NCBI RefSeq assembly: GCF_019264485.1
Contig: NZ_JAHVAA010000003.1
Location: forward strand, 2,355-66,354
Direction: 5' to 3'
DNA length: 64,000 nucleotides
DNA from: Sediminibacterium sp.
GTDB lineage: Bacteria; Bacteroidota; Bacteroidia; Chitinophagales; Chitinophagaceae
Every line of letters begins with the position of its first letter. Position 1 is the first letter of the stretch. The translations under genes were made by a program, and so were the position numbers. A model generated the notes under the pieces. That model made no database searches. It was not told the origin of the DNA and was given only the letters and a program-made list of their open reading frames with translations. Shown one piece after another: positions 63,702 through 64,000 of this stretch.

Positions 63702-64000
63702 TTGGTTTCGAGTTGCTGTTTCAGTTTGTAATTGGTAAGGTCAAACTGAACAGGCACCACGCTTACATAATTATTTTTGAGGGCCCATACATCGGTATCT
63801 TTTCCTTTGTCGAAATTTACAAACTCGCCTGTGAGCCAGTAATATTTTTTACCATGCGGATCTTTTCTTTCATCAAACTCTTCTTCATATTTGGCATAAG
63901 CCTGTCTGCATATTTTAATTCCCTTGATCAGCTTTTCCTGAACAGCCGGAATATTTACATTCAGACATAAATGTTTGTCGAGGCTTTTACCACTCAATAA
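63689..64000 (-). CDS. surE: 5'/3'-nucleotidase SurE, C-terminal part (5' end outside window)
   Basis: 'KYYWLTGEFVNF...DTDVWALKNNYVSVVPVQFDLT', a typical SurE C-terminus. The frame is open to the window end. Confidence 0.8.
   Translation of the reverse strand, partial: LLSGKSLDKHLCLNVNIPAVQEKLIKGIKICRQAYAKYEEEFDERKDPHGKKYYWLTGEFVNFDKGKDTDVWALKNNYVSVVPVQFDLTNYKLKQQLETKWKF

Noticed and set aside
1-64000. Mobile elements, prophage, integrons, tRNA/rRNA genes, toxin-antitoxin pairs, or known defence-system genes.
   Set aside because: No transposase, integrase, recombinase, phage structural or cas-like ORFs are in the six-frame track. No intergenic region is long enough to hold an rRNA, and I saw no tRNA-like T-arm (GGTTCGAATCC-like) sequence. 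The search was by eye only.

Overview
This 64 kb chromosomal window looks like a Bacteroidota genome, probably Chitinophagaceae or Sphingobacteriia-like. That placement is an inference from a T9SS C-terminal sorting domain, TAnnTTTG-type -7 boxes, the absence of Shine-Dalgarno leaders, and the gene content. I call about 58 protein-coding genes. Most are housekeeping: rpsF-rpsR-rplI, htpG, recJ, thyA-folA, pntAA-pntAB-pntB, fmt, pepT, lpxB, metX plus a metZ-like gene, and surE. I saw no rRNA, tRNA, CRISPR array, transposase or integrase.

The parts that deserve a second look are:

1. A nuclease-centred outer-membrane locus (3462..15135). It holds a secreted EEP nuclease, an atypical TonB-dependent-like barrel, an OB-fold/choice-of-anchor-J-like lipoprotein, and a giant T9SS multidomain EEP protein. 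The giant protein is cut by one in-frame TAG inside an HYR repeat.
2. A tightly packed photolyase operon (26141..29226). It pairs a COG3046-type photolyase that appears to lack the Fe-S cysteines with a flavin reductase and an inverted-topology (NewPHL-like) photolyase.
3. A pervasive set of intergenic hairpins built from tandem heptanucleotide words. One family, TRGTGAR/YTCACYA, has four full copies in the window.
4. A more AT-rich block of four orphan genes (52042..55549).
5. A BlaI/BlaR1-like pair. The sensor carries an amidase_3 domain plus two TonB-C domains, and the promoter is overlaid by twin palindromes.

All functional calls come from reading motifs in the supplied translations. No database search was run.
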